This document shows positions 10,862 to 24,300 of a DNA stretch of 64,000 bases, piece after piece. The position numbers and the translations under genes are program-made. Source of the stretch: Psammoneis japonica. Its lineage: Eukaryota. The notes below the pieces were generated by a model, which saw nothing but the letters and a program-made list of their open reading frames with translations, was not told the origin of the DNA and searched no databases. How positions within the stretch are numbered: the first letter of the stretch is position 1; each line of letters opens with the position of its first letter. The stretch is taken from NCBI GenBank assembly GCA_008632985.1, contig QPGO01000056.1:214406-278405 (forward strand), given 5' to 3'.

Positions 10862-13800
10862 AAAAAAAAACTGCACTTGTGGCAAGGAGTGCAGCTTTGC
10901 TGCTGTGATCTCCCTGTTCTGCAATGCAAGCTTGACACTGCAGCTTGAATCTTTCCAGCTTGGGTTGCGAGGCTTCAATGATGGACCTTTGTGTAACTTG
11001 GCAAGACAAAGCTGCTTGGGCTGGGCATCTTGATCTCCCCATCAGGAGAATCAGGTGTGACTTGCACAGACTGGATTCTGTGATGAACAGGGGAGACTCC
11101 TCATCAGGAGGCACATGATGCAAGTTGTGGTCCTGTGAAGCAGGTGCATTGGTGGTGACAGCAACACAGACTGAAGAAGGTTGTGGAGCCAAAGCAATGT
11201 TGTGAGTTGTTGGGAGGTTGACATCACCATCACTCCCCAAACAAGACTTGTGGAGGGTGGTGACAGCTGCTGACTCATGAAAGCTGGCAGCATGGGGCTT
11301 GAGGGGCTCAAGGATGCATGATGGACTTGGAAGACTCAAGGAGGGTGATCCAAAGGTCAGACAAAAAGGTTTGAGAGTGCTGCCTGTGGGGTGGGGCACA
11401 TCTGCACCTTGGAAGGCCTGGACAAGGCTGAGACCAGCATTGAAAGTGCTGCCCAAAGGATGGGGCACATCAGCACTGTGGGAGGTGTGGCAAACATTCT
11501 CAAAGAGTGTGCTGCCATTTGCAGTGGAAGGTGCAAGGTCAGAGCTGCTGAGAGCACAGGATGGGCCTGTTGGTGCATGAGAAGGGGGTGTTTGGTCAAT
11601 GGCACAAGACAGGCCTGTTGAAACACTTTTGGAGTGGCCCATGGTGTTGAACAGGTCAGTTGGGGTGCAGACTGCACAACTGGTGGCACAATGCAGGACT
11701 TTTTGGATGAAGGCAGGGCAGCTGGTGTTCTTGGAAAGTGATGCCACATGATCTGGACTGAGGCAATGCTCACGAAACTCTTCAAGAAAGAGCAAAGTAA
11801 AGTTGCTGCTGACAAGTGCACCAGCTAGAGAGACCTTCAAAGTGCAGAAACTGCCTGATGAAAGCTGCCAGCAAAAAATTGCGACAATGAAACAGGGGTG
11901 TGCAAGGGTGTCATTGCCATTGCATTGGAGTGCATCAATGGCCTCAGGAGCAAGGGAGAACAGATCCTCATCAAAACCAACAATGGCAGGAAAAGCCAAA
12001 GCAGAGTGAAGAGGACTGTCAGCGGGTCCAAGTCCAGCCAAAACAGTGCCAAGCACATGCTTGAATCCATCAACAGACTGTTGACAGGCAAGAATGATGG
12101 TGACAAGTGGGATCAAGGTAGAACTTGGGCAGAAAACTGGAGGCCAGACTTGAGACTAGAAACAAACTTGACCAGCAATTGAGAAGTTGATTTGACATCT
12201 GGACTTGAAAGACTTGGTCTGTGTTGCAAATCAGAAGCTGCTGGGCCATGCTGCCCCTGAAGCACTTTTTGTGTGCTGAGGGTGCAGGCAAGCTTGTTGC
12301 CAGAGTCACAGGGTGGAAGTGCAGCAGCACTTCAAAAATGGGGTTTGGCGGGTTTTGGTTTGTCCCGTTTGCCTTCCTGCTGGCCCACAGAGTTGTGCTG
12401 GCATGTCCAGAGTGATGGCAAGTTAAAACCCCTGCAAGCAAGCTCACAAGAAGAGGTGAACAATCATGTTGAGCCTTTCTCATTTTGTGTCAGTTGGACA
12501 GCCTGGTCAGATGCCAGAGGACAAACAAACAACAAACACAGGAAATGTCATGCCTCTGAACTCTCCAGTGTGGGCCGCAAGCAATCATGGGCACTTCCTT
12601 TCACAATCATCCTCATGGACCTGTCAGAGCTGCAAAAGACCAGCAATCTCTGGAGCAGATTTGGAGCAGCAGACTTGGTGTGCTGTGCAGCAGAGCCAAA
12701 GTTGTGGGGTGTGCTCACTCTTGCACACAGTGTGTGCAGCACAGAAGCCTGTGTTGAGCAGGCTGGTCTGTCATGGATCTGGATCTGTGTCTGCCTGAAC
12801 AGGGGCAGTCAGAAGGAATCTGGAACTTCAACATTGGCAGATCCGAGAACATCCAGAATGTGGAAAATCGAGTCAACACATCTGCATGTCATGCAGCAAT
12901 GAGATCAACAAAATGATCTGGAAAAATTGATCATTGGGTCACTCAAGAAAAAGACATGTCAGAGAACAACAAGAAACAGTGGCCAATGAACTTTGTCATT
13001 GACTTCTTGCAGACAGCTGTTGTTTGGAAAAGTTTTCAACAAGGCAGCACTGCTTTGCCGCTGCTCAGAGAGAAACAGTGCACACAAAGAGACAGTCTGC
13101 TGCAAAGTCAAGATCAGACAGCAGCACAGCACCCAGGAGCCAGGGGACACAAACACATCCCTGACAAAGGGCTGCACTCTGCTGCCATCATCTGGCATTT
13201 GTGCATTTCTGTCCTTTGCACCACATCAATCCCGTGGGCATCGTGACCGCCATCTTGAGTGCACGTGTGCTGGAAGAAAAGCAAAAGTGCCCACACCATG
13301 GACTCAGTCGCAGGACAATTCATGACACAACCATCATGCAGAGCTGCAAAGGTGTGAGTGCTTTGTGCTCCTCACATGACAGAAGCCACATGTCAAATCC
13401 AAAGATGGCATGGTTCTTTGCCACTTGGCTTCTTCTGGATTTTCATTTCAAGTTTCTTCTTTTGGGACGGGCTGAAAACTCTTGCATCTGGGATGCCAAC
13501 AATCTGGGTCTGACCGTCTGCCACAGTCTGGGCATTTGTTGACTTCAATCCCAGATCATTGTCAACTTATGAGCCAAGTCTTTCCCCAAATGCAATGTGA
13601 GAACTGTGCAAGTTTATGAGCTTCTAAAGCCCAAATCACTTCCCACTTTTAAGCATGATCATTCTTTGCACACAATGGTGACCTGCACCCCAATTGACAT
13701 TTGCAGTTTCTTGTTCTTTGAACACATTTGTTTCTGCTTATGATCCACCCTCCTTGTCTGCCAATTTGTCCCACATTTTATCTCTTTGCCATGTTGTTTT

Positions 13801-14082
13801 CAAATCCAAATTTCCAACTGCCACACGTTTTTGCATCTAAATCGCTTTGCAGAAAGTTTTTTTTTTCGTTTTTCTGGATTTTGTTGTTTGCTGCAATTTG
13901 CGTTTACACACCAGTTTGGTTGGTTGCCATGGCGGCAACTGCTCCCACTCCGTTGCTGGCTGCCACCACCTGCAATGGCAGGTCCTCACCCATTGGCACT
14001 GCCCATCCTTCCTCTCTCTCCTTTCTCTTTTCCTCTCTTTTGCATTTCTTGTTTTCCTCCCTGGACAAGTTTGTCTTCTCTC

Positions 14083-15030
14083 TCACCTTCTCTCCTTGAA
14101 CCATGCACCGAATCCTTGGTTGTTCTCTCTGTCTTTCACCACCCACTGACATGGATCATTGTGCTTCCTGATCCCATCCTTGCTCCATCCTTGGTTCCTC
14201 TTCGCCAATTCCCCCGCTGCCTGTGCTGTGCACTTTGCAGGAGCAGCATCTTGCACCATCAGCTTCCTTCTCCTTGCAATGTTGTCTTCCTTTTCCAACT
14301 TCTCTGCCATGTCCATCACCTTGTTGTAGCAGTTCAAGTGCACCAGTGGAGCAAACGCCTCCAACAAAATGGAAAGCCACTCTTGGAGCATGTCGGTTGT
14401 GCTTCTGCCAAACTGCGCTTGTTCCACCACCATCGGCACCACAGTTTCCAAGAACCACATGTGTGTGTCCTTGTCAGCTCTTCTCTTTGTCAAATCTTTG
14501 CACTCCACCAGTGATCCCTCTAAAGCAGCAACTGCACAGATGAAATCAAAGGTGGTGACACTCATCCTGTCAGACAAATGCCTCCAACACAATCAAAGGC
14601 ATGCACACAGCTGCTTGCCTGTCATTCTCCTCCTGATGTTGTCCTGCACATTGTTCCTCTTGTGGTTGAGTTTGGTTCTGAACACCTCTTTGCATTCTTC
14701 CCAGAATGCCTCCAGCAAAGATGCCATGCTCCTCAACTCCTGCAGAACTGTTTTCATGTGATCTCTTCTTGCGGCCAGTTCTTGGTTGAAGATTGTGAAC
14801 TTGCAATGCGGCCAAACACTTTCATTGATTGCCTTTGTCAGCATTGATCCTGTCAATTTCTTGCCCACCACTGGTGCATGATCCAACACAAGACATCCCT
14901 CCGTGGGAGTCACCACAGAACTCGAATCCCCCCTTGTGCACTGGAATCTGTTTAATTCCCCATGTTTGTTTCTTTGTGCATTGAACAAGGCCACCACCGC
15001 AGGACTCATGGCAACTTTGCGTGACACCAC
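14083..15030 (-). pseudogene. Decayed transposon-associated protein of unknown function
   Basis: Contiguous frames ...KEVFRTKLNHKRNNVQDNIRRRM...WFLETVVPMVV...LEAFAPLVHLNCYNK resemble accessory ORFs of DNA transposons. No firm family call. Confidence 0.35.
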
Positions 15031-15863
15031 ACAGGTGAATCACAGGTTGTTGGTTCACCAGCAACTCTTTGTCATGCCCTTTCTCAACCTAACTTGCCGC
15101 TCGACATTTCACTTCCTCCCTCTGTTGCTCCTGTTGCAACTGTCTCCTCCATCTTTTTGTCCTTCCCAATGGCTGCCTCTCACCCCGAACTTCCATCCTT
15201 TCCTGTCGGTTTGTGAACAGGTGACATGTGAAATGAAGGCACTTTGCATGTGATTTTCTCTGTTTTGTCGTTGCTCGCATGTCCTCTCTTGATTCAAACA
15301 GGTGTTTGCATCATTTTTGAGTGCTCATTTCCAACCCCATGTTTGAATTTCTGTCAATCTTCCAATGTTTTGAATTGTGTGCCTTTGCGAGCCAATCCAA
15401 TCCCTCAATGAAGATTGCAACATTGTTCAAATCAATGTCAAACAACACACCTTGTGTTCTCATCTTTGTGCATGCATTGCACCTGTTTCCTGATGCAACA
15501 TCAGCTTCATTTGGTTTAAAAAATTGTGTCAAACCCCCCATTCTTTTGCACAAATCTGTGTCTCTCACTGCCCTCATTTATTTGGTCACATCTCAATCGA
15601 TCATTCCCTCAACTTCCCCGACACCATCTCTCTCCAACTTCTCTCTGTGTCACCCAAACTGATCCAACCCCCTTTTTGACATCGCATGTGTGTGTGCATG
15701 AGGGAACGCATCCGTCCACAATTCCACACATTCTCTTTTGCTCCTCCAATGGTGCCAAAGCATTACACTGTCACTAAGATGTGGTTGTTGTGAGTCGTTC
15801 CCATCACAGGAACACGCGTTCCCTGTGTCACAGCAACATGCCACCCATCGATGATCAAATGGG

Positions 15864-16556
15864 TTGTGTTGCTGGTGGCGGTGTGGAGTCACATGGTGGT
15901 GCGGCAAGCTTTGCCTTCTCTGCCAAGGTTGTTGTCACCCTGCTCTCTTTGCCGCTCACACCCGAAGCCCTTTTAATGTCATTGACATTGGTGGTGGTTG
16001 TGCTGGTTTTGCGATTGCCCGTCATTTGCTTGTTCCTTCCTGCAATGCCTGCAGCATCAAGTCACACCATCTTTGTCATGATTTGGGCTCTGAGTGGTGT
16101 CGTGCCATCTGGCCCAACTCGCCCAGTCGTTGTCCTGCCCTGATCAATCAGGATTTCCTCTCTGAAGATGACACAGTTTGCCGTTTGCACCATCAGAACA
16201 ACACAAAGATTTTCTTCAACAATTTCAATGGGATGCTTTTTGACAACATTGTGACACAGAACCAACTCAAGGAGACACTGTCCAACAAGTGTCCTGAAGG
16301 TGCCATCATCATTTCGCTGGACGTGATGTTGTGTGGGCACACCCACAAATGGAGGCATGCAGCATTTTTCATTCCTGCCTGTCCAGATGATCCATCATGG
16401 GGAGGCAGTGTTGACAGGCACCTGCTTCATGAGTGCACCAAGAAAAGAGATGGTGCCGTCAAGCCAAGGCATTCCACTGGGAATGACCTGGGGACTGACA
16501 TCAAACAAAAGTTCAAGCCTTCCAAAAGTGGGCAGCTTGGTGCCATCCTTTTTTAA
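15864..16556 (+). pseudogene. DOT1-like class I SAM-dependent methyltransferase remnant
   Basis: VIDIGGGCAG (motif I), NQDFL, IFFNNF, NQLKETLSNKCPEGAIIISLD and PSWGG parallel DOT1 motifs (VDLGSGVG, GDF, IFVNNF, HQLKERF..MKEGGRIVSS, VSW). Confidence 0.55.
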
Positions 16557-16634
16557 TTGACCATTTGCACCAACTTACTTCCTGCCTTTACCAACTTGCT
16601 GCTTGGCCAGTTTTGCAGTCCAACAACTTCTTGT

Positions 16635-17260
16635 TCACATGTTTGCCATGTCAAAATTGTGGACTGGACATGCCATGTTCCTTCGATCCAAATTGGTTTT
16701 GTCAGGCAAAGCACGGTGCAGCACTCTTGCATCAAAAACAAATGCAGTGCCTGGTTCTCCCACCAGCAATTGTTTTTCCAAACCCAACCTGGCCAAGTGT
16801 CTTTCACATTCTTTCTCATTCAATGTCACCTTGCAACCATCCGGCCACATCTTGACTGCACCATTGTCCTCCGTTGTGTTGTCAAGGAACAGAAACATGG
16901 TGAAAATTTTGTTTCCCGGAAACAATTCTGTTTCCACGTGATCGCAATGAATTTCCCCCTTTGATCAGAAGTTGGACCTTGAACTTGAAGCAGGAGCATT
17001 TGCCACTGTGTGCCTGCTTGTCTTTTTCTGTCTAAATCATCTGCCATGGGAAAGCCAGGAATTAAGTCCAACATTTTTTCTGCCAACTCAATGCCTTCCG
17101 TCTTGTCCTTTTTGTTAATGGCAAACTCTCCAACAAAATGGTGTCCTTCCTTTTCTTGTTTGCTGCTTGGTGCCTTGTTTGCAAGAGCAGCAATTTGTTT
17201 GAGCAAGGGTTGTGGGGTTTTGAATTCTTGCAAGCAGCCTTTTTTCCCTTCCTGATGCAA
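16635..17260 (-). pseudogene. 2OG-Fe(II) dioxygenase remnant (PhyH-like)
   Basis: In frame: GEIHCD (HxD)...IFTMFLFLDNTTEDNGAVKMWPDG...GEPGTAFVFDARVLHRALPDKTNLDR (distal His and Arg), typical of the phytanoyl-CoA dioxygenase-like family. Confidence 0.65.
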
Positions 17261-20200
17261 ACTTTCTTTGCACCGGCTGCCTTCCTCTTGACAACATGTG
17301 ACTCTGCTTCACCCAGGTGGGTTGGCAACTTGCCATGTTTCTGACATGAGGTTGTTGGCCAACATGCAAATTTCCTGCATCCTTTGACAGAACACTTTAG
17401 CACCATTCTCTGAACATGCCAAATTCAACCAAATCAAATGGGACTTGGTCTGTTTGTTGTGCAGAACGCACCCAATTCAGCGAATGACCGTGGACCGCAG
17501 CCATTGCTCTTCAATGAACAGATCTTTCCCATGCAATCTGTGTTGCACACGGCATCTGTCAGGTGCACGGCACAGACATTTCTTTTGCAAATGGTCCCAT
17601 GTGTTGTGATCTTTGACCATCTTGTTTCCTTCATGTTTTCATTCAATTGGCAATCTTGGCTGCCTCAAAGTGCAGATGCCCCTTTGCTTCCACACTGTCA
17701 TGTCATGGTTGTGGTGTGTCCTTTTGTTTTCAACACCACCCCTGACACAAAGGAACAGTCACCATCCCACGTTCATTCTGCACTCATTGAGATTAAGGTG
17801 CACAATGAACATGCGCAAATTGTGCATTTGTCTGTTGACCAATCATTTTGGTGTAAATTTTTCATGAATGCACAGAATGAGAGCATGTCACACATTTGTT
17901 TGGCAACAGATCAATTTGGCAGCCTTTTTTCATTGATGCAATGAATGAAAGCCTTTGCACCATTGTGGCACATTGTCAATCTCCCGCAGCAAACAGCATC
18001 CTCACAATTCTGGTCTAATTGCTGATCAACAAATGTTGATCAGTGAACGGACAATGTTGGGGTGTTGTCATCTCTCTTTTCCATGACGTGTCATTCCCTG
18101 TGTGAAACAACAATCTCAACATGATCCCACCCAGCAGAATGCTTGCCAACCCATTGCAAAATGGGCCACTCACCTCACCTGTTGTGCCACGTTGCCGCAA
18201 TGCAACCAATGAATCTCATTTTCCTCTGACACATTGCACTTCTTTCCCATCCTCCGAGACGAGGCACAAGTGGACATCTCTGCCTGTGGAAAGTTTTGCA
18301 CAAGGGCAGAGTGCACAAAGGATTGTGAGTTGAAACATGAAGAGGTGAAATGACTCACACAAACAGATGAAGCTACATTGGCCCATTTTCCAGATTTTGG
18401 AGGTCCGGTCAAACACATCAGATTAACTAGACGGAGAATTGATCCTTGCCATGTTCCAGTTTTCACCGGGGATGACTGTGTGCATTGTCCAAATTGCAGT
18501 CTCAAGAGGCATGAGCATTTTCTGCGATGTCCACATTGCAGGCAGGTTCCCATCCAAAAGGCTGTGCAGTTTGATCTTCACTGCAAGGACGTACCTGACT
18601 CTGCATGTGGAATAAAAAATGGCAAGAAAACAAAGGAAGAATCATTCCTCCAGGAAATCAAACAGCACAACGCCAACCTTGTCAGTTGTTGGAGGAACAA
18701 GGAACAACCTCATGGGGTGGGAGGCAGAAAAACTGGGGTTTGTCATTGTCACATTCCAAAAACATTGGTGACCATTCAAACAATGAAAGAGAAGTCAAGC
18801 ACAAATTCTGCCTGAAACAACCTTGCCAGAAGTCAAACAAGCTTTCTGACACGTTCGAAAATGAAATTCTTTTTGTGGAAAAACCTGCCAGGGAGGGATC
18901 AAGGTGTTCCCTTCTCATGCAATTCAAGCTGCATGCAACAGCACATGGTGCCATGGGACCAAAATGCTTTAGAGCAAATGTTTCGACACCTTCAATGCAA
19001 GGCAGAGATTTCATGTTCGGATGCCAACCACCCATGCCGGGACAACAATTTAACTCGTCCATTTGTTTTGCACCTGGGTGCAATGGAGGGAATTGCCAAC
19101 GATGTCATGTTCAGGTCGTGCAAGTTTGACAAAAGAATTCTGGGATTGGGTTTGTCAATGCAGCTCAGAAACATTGTTGAAGATGGGCTGAGCAGTGGGC
19201 CAGCAAGAGAGTTTTTACTTTGCGCAAAGTTTGACCATTCATCTCCAGGGACTGTTGCAAAAGATTTTGGCATGAATGGAGTGATTGCTCAAGGTTGGAG
19301 CTGCAATGGTGGATCAGGTGTTGCAAAGCCTGGAACAACAGAAAAGGAAAAGGATCTCTCTCTGCTGGGTGCAGACAGTGGATTTTGCAACTTACAGTGA
19401 TTTTGGTCCACGTCATGCACCAAAAAGCTTTGCAGGGAACACCAAGGTCTGCCCAAGGAGAAATGACAGATGAGAGGCAAAGGTTGTCTGAGAAATGCAA
19501 AGCCTGGTTGGGTTGCCCAGAAGATTTGCAACGGGTGTTGAAACTCAATGAGGCAGGGACTCACATGACCAGTTTCCCTTGCAACACTTTGACTTGGAAA
19601 ACGAGTGGGAATTCCTCTTGGATGACATCAGCAATGGTGTTGTGTTCATTGATGATTGGCATGATTACAACATTGGCGATGACTTGGTGGACAAGCTGAA
19701 AAGGCATTCGGCGCCAATCACGAACACAACGTTTAACCACATGTCGTGCAACAGAGACATTGTCGGGATTCAGTTGCGCAAGCTGCTGTTCAAGACAGAT
19801 TGTGAATGTGCCAATGCCCTTTTGGAACAACTGGAATCCCCAACAGATGCTTTCAACCTTTCTGCAATGGAGAACCAAGAGGACATTCAGCATGCCACCC
19901 AACACATCAGAGATCACCTGAAGCAATTTGACAATGGAGATCACATGGGCATTTTTGGATTGCTTGTGGATGAAGGGTCAGAGACCTTTTGCTTGGACCA
20001 ATTGCCCACAGCTGGTTCAATTTTACTTTTCACTGTGAGGACACATTGCTTTCCACCACGGTGACGAATTCGCGGCATTTGTGGGTCAGGAAATCAACGG
20101 TGCACCTCTTGTGGCTCTGACTGCATTGAGGGAATCTGTGAAACCAGAAAACCAAGAATCTGTGAAGAGTTTGTTGCAGAAAAATGAAATGGGCTTGTTG

Positions 20201-20996
20201 CATTGCTGGCCAGTGTCAATGATGAAGCGATTGAAGAACAACGGCAATGTGAGCGGAGTGATGTGCTCAATTTGCAGAGATTTCAACACATGGATCCTTT
20301 GTTGACAGACCTGAAGGAGATGCGAATCTGCTGTGTGTTCATTTCACAGTCAATTGTTTGATGTTCTGCGGGCAAAGGACACTGGTGGAAGTCACGATTC
20401 TGCAAGGGAACTTTTGTTTTGTTGCAAAACCAGGAAGATCAAATTGCCCAAGCAGTGGTTGCCGAGCACAAGGTTGGGCAACGTGCGTGCTGCTTTGATG
20501 ATCCAATCAGCTTCCATGATGGGACAAATCCCACCTCAAAATGCAGGAGAGGCACGCACATCCAAGGGTGATTCTGGATTTTGTCTGTTTGTTAACATGT
20601 GTGTTGTTGGGAAGGATGCACACACAAGAGGTGAACAGATCTCCTTGGTGAAGACCAGGGAAGTTGTTCAAAATGCAATTGAAGTTGCACAAAGAAATGG
20701 CAGAAGACCAACTTGGGCCAAATGTGACCAACCAGGCTGCAGGGAATGTCGATCAATGAACAACACGTTGCGGAGGATCCATGCTGCCTTGTGTCTAGCG
20801 ACCATGGTGTCTTGCCCATTTGCTCTTTGGAAAGTTTCAAAAAGTCGACAAGTGGTTTGTGGCCTGATGAATCAGAGCACAGGATTGAATGTTTCATTTG
20901 TGATCAATGGTGTGATTTGTCGACGCATGTCGATGTTTGCTCTTCTGGCAAGTCAAAGCATGACTTGACAAAGCAGAAGGGTTTGTTTCAGTTTCA

Positions 20997-21111
20997 AGAA
21001 TCAAAACTGAGTGGGACCAACCAATGCTTTTAGACAACTTAACATGCTTTTGCAGCTGACTCCAGCTCCATTTTCTAGAATCACAACTGAGTGGGACCAA
21101 CCAATGCTTTT
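20997..21111 (+). repeat. 35-bp direct repeat, 80-bp period
   Basis: AGAATCA(A/C)AACTGAGTGGGACCAACCAATGCTTTT at 20997 and 21077. Confidence 0.85.
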
Positions 21112-21320
21112 TGGCAAGTCAGCACATTTTCACAGCTGACTCATTTGAACAATGTCTGTTGTCTCATAAAACAATTGTGAACTTTTCCTCTTTCCCAAGG
21201 TGCATTTTCATTTCTCATTTTCCTGAGCCCGGCGTTCACCCAGGTGAAGCTGGAGCACTTTGTTGGACAGGAAACATCCTGGCCAGTCATTGTGTCTGTC
21301 AGCAACAAATGACAATGAGT

Positions 21321-24300
21321 TCAAGTGTCCCACCACTTCAATGGTTTCTCCATTGCAGTTGTTGGGCACACCAGGACAGAAAACCCACCGGCTGCAATTG
21401 CATCTCTGCTTGCACAGCAAAATTTTGGGATTGTCTGAGAATCTCTGCCATGACCAACATTTGTTGTTTCAAGTTCCCAGTGCTTGACCACACCATTTGA
21501 AGACATGTCACGGAACGTCTTTGTCTGTTTCTTGCATGACTGTCCTGCAGCTGGTGGCATTTTTCCATCATCAGCTGACACAAAACCATGGAGCACAAAA
21601 GGGCACCTTTTTTTCTGACCAGTTCCCTCTTTGTACAAGACCCTGGGTGTGTCATGCCACAACCCATTGTTGTTGTAATTGGGGTGTGCCTGCATTAAAA
21701 TCCCTTTGTCTTGTGTGGCAAACTCCAAGCAAACCACAACTTCATCATGCTTGGCTGACAATTCCTCCATTGCCGACAACAAAAACTGCAGCAGGGTAGA
21801 GTTCAACTCTGCAATTTCCGGGACAACCCTGTCATTGTTGCTTCCTGAACACTGGCAGCAAGTTTGGGCAATTCTGTTCACAACAAACAAAGGGTGCACA
21901 AATTTTTCTTCAGATGAAGATGCGCTCACCTGACCAACTGTGGGAGGGACAAGAAGGCTGTGTGCCTTCTCAAGAACTGCCATGTCATGCAAACGAACAA
22001 CCAGTTGGTCCAAGAAATTGTCTGCACCCAATGCAACCTGGCAAGTTTTTGCCGGCAGCTTGGCCCAGAACTTCAGGTGACTCTCTTCAATCATGGCAGA
22101 GAAATTCACAATCTGGCCACAAAGGAAAGAGCCAATGATGAGATGCAACAAAGAATGGAACTTGACAGTCCAGAACAAGCAAGTGTTCCTTGCGTGGTGA
22201 AGGCATGATTTTATCTTGAACATGAGCAGGACGACACAGCACTTGAAATCCACCTTTCCTGTTTTTCCATGGAGTCCCTTCCCACAGATGCAAAACGAAT
22301 GAAAAAGCAGCATGTGATGCAACAAGTCCAACAATTCATCAACTCCACAATCCACAGATTTTTCTGCTGTCGTTTCATCATCTGCGATCATCATGAAAGA
22401 GTCCGGAAGTTTGTTTTCTATTTCAGCATAAATGACAGTGCTGGGCAATTTTGTCTTTGGGAGAAGAAAGGGTCGTCTGTCCGCACACCTTGCAAAGTTG
22501 TCCCGATCATCCACTGATCTGCCTGCAACACCATGTGGTCCGGGTGTCAACAATTGATCAGCTGAAGTCTCAACAGCACATTGTTTCCATCTCAATCATT
22601 TTGTTTCATCCCATGCAATCTTCTGGCACAACAAAAAGCGATTGTCATCTAGCTGATTGGAAAATGGATCCCAAAATTCTGATGGGCCATGATGATGCAT
22701 CTGTTGCATCACATGGTTGCGGTGACGGAAGTCGGATGGATTGCAGGGGACATCCAACCATGTCTCTTTGGGCAATGCATCAGGCACATTCTCCTCAACA
22801 GGGGTGGTGTGTGTTTTGCCTGTTTGTTCATTGAATGGTGCAACGGAATCAGGGTCCTCTTCCTTGGGTTCACTCTCTGATGATTCGGTCAATTGTTCTT
22901 CTTGTTGCTTCTTTCCTTTAAAGCCGTCAGCAGTTTTTTTCTTTTTGCTGTCAAAGGATGGATCGCACCTCTTTTCTGGCAGATTTCTGCCAGCAGGTGT
23001 GTGACCAATGATGGTGAGTGCAAGGAGCTTGCCCATCTTCTTGTCACACACAAGTTGACCAAGTGTGGAAAGTCCCCCATTAACTTGAATTTGCGGACAG
23101 TCACATCGCTGACCTGGACAACACCGGGCTGTGTAGAATGATTCCGATGCAATCTGGTCACATTCCTCTGCCTTTCTGTGTGGCGGACATCTCTCTAACT
23201 GTCACCTCCATCATTTGAGGGACAACACCCACCTCAATTACATGCCTCATGTCAGCAATGGTCACGCCAAATGCACCACGTGGGTTGTCGCCCATGTTGA
23301 GTGGAAAGTGAGCATTGTCCACTGCGTGCTGTCCAAACACTTTCCTTGGTGTTTTGGAGCACACAGTCGTTTGGCAAATGAGGGATGAAGCAAGCTCATT
23401 CTCTGATTTTTTTTAGCGGTCATTGTGCGATGCTCCCAGGAAACGTTTTTAACACACTGGTGCCAACGGCTGTTGTCATCCTCAGGATCCGGACCCAATG
23501 CAGCAACAGTGAGCAACTCAATGAAAGCTTGGTTAAAGAGTTGGCAAGCATGGAGGGGATCATCAGAAAGGTGAGAGGGCACATGGCAGTTGTGAGACAA
23601 CCACTCAGTCTTGCTTTGGCTCATGACTCTGCCACAAATGCGTTCTTGATTGAGGACATCCCCCAACAGGGAGTTGCAATGCATTGTGGCTCTGACATGG
23701 CAGCATTGATTGCCTGTCATTGCATGAACAATGGGTGGATTTGCCTGGCAATGAAGCAGCCTGCAGAGCACCTCCTTGAGAATGTGGTGACAGTTGCCAA
23801 CAACAAGGTGCCCAAGCTTGTCTTTCTTGTCTTTCTTGTCCAAGTTGGGTGTGAAACCAAGTGGATGCCAACAACGACAGTCACGGCGTGCGTCCTCTCG
23901 AATCATGGTGAGTGAGCACATTGCAGGCTCCATCCCATGAGGATTGACTGCATTGGCTAACTCCGGTCTTGTCCAAGCAATTGACAAGGTGAACATGAAA
24001 ATCAGAGCCCATTTCCTTGGCATTGGAGCAACGTTGTTGCCACTCTCCATCACCTGTGTCTTGACTTTGAGTGGACAATCGCTGGTCACCAGGACAATCC
24101 AGAAACAACATCTCAACACCTGCAGCCTGGCCAGTGCTGGAACCCAAATTGCCATTGGTGGGGGGTGGCACATGAGGTGACCAAATGTCATTTGGATTAA
24201 CCTGCAGCTTGGAAAGATCACGGAACACTGGCTCAGTGAAAAGATTCTGAAGGGTCTTGGCAAAACTGCAAACTGGGAAAGGTGGGGAGCGATGACATTT

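Noticed and set aside
15864..17406. DOT1-like or dioxygenase genes as the enzymes causing the hypermutation
   Set aside because: They are themselves decayed targets, and neither family is known to convert A:T to G:C; no evidence links them.
20997..21111. CRISPR-like repeat-spacer array
   Set aside because: Only two copies, eukaryotic context and no cas genes.
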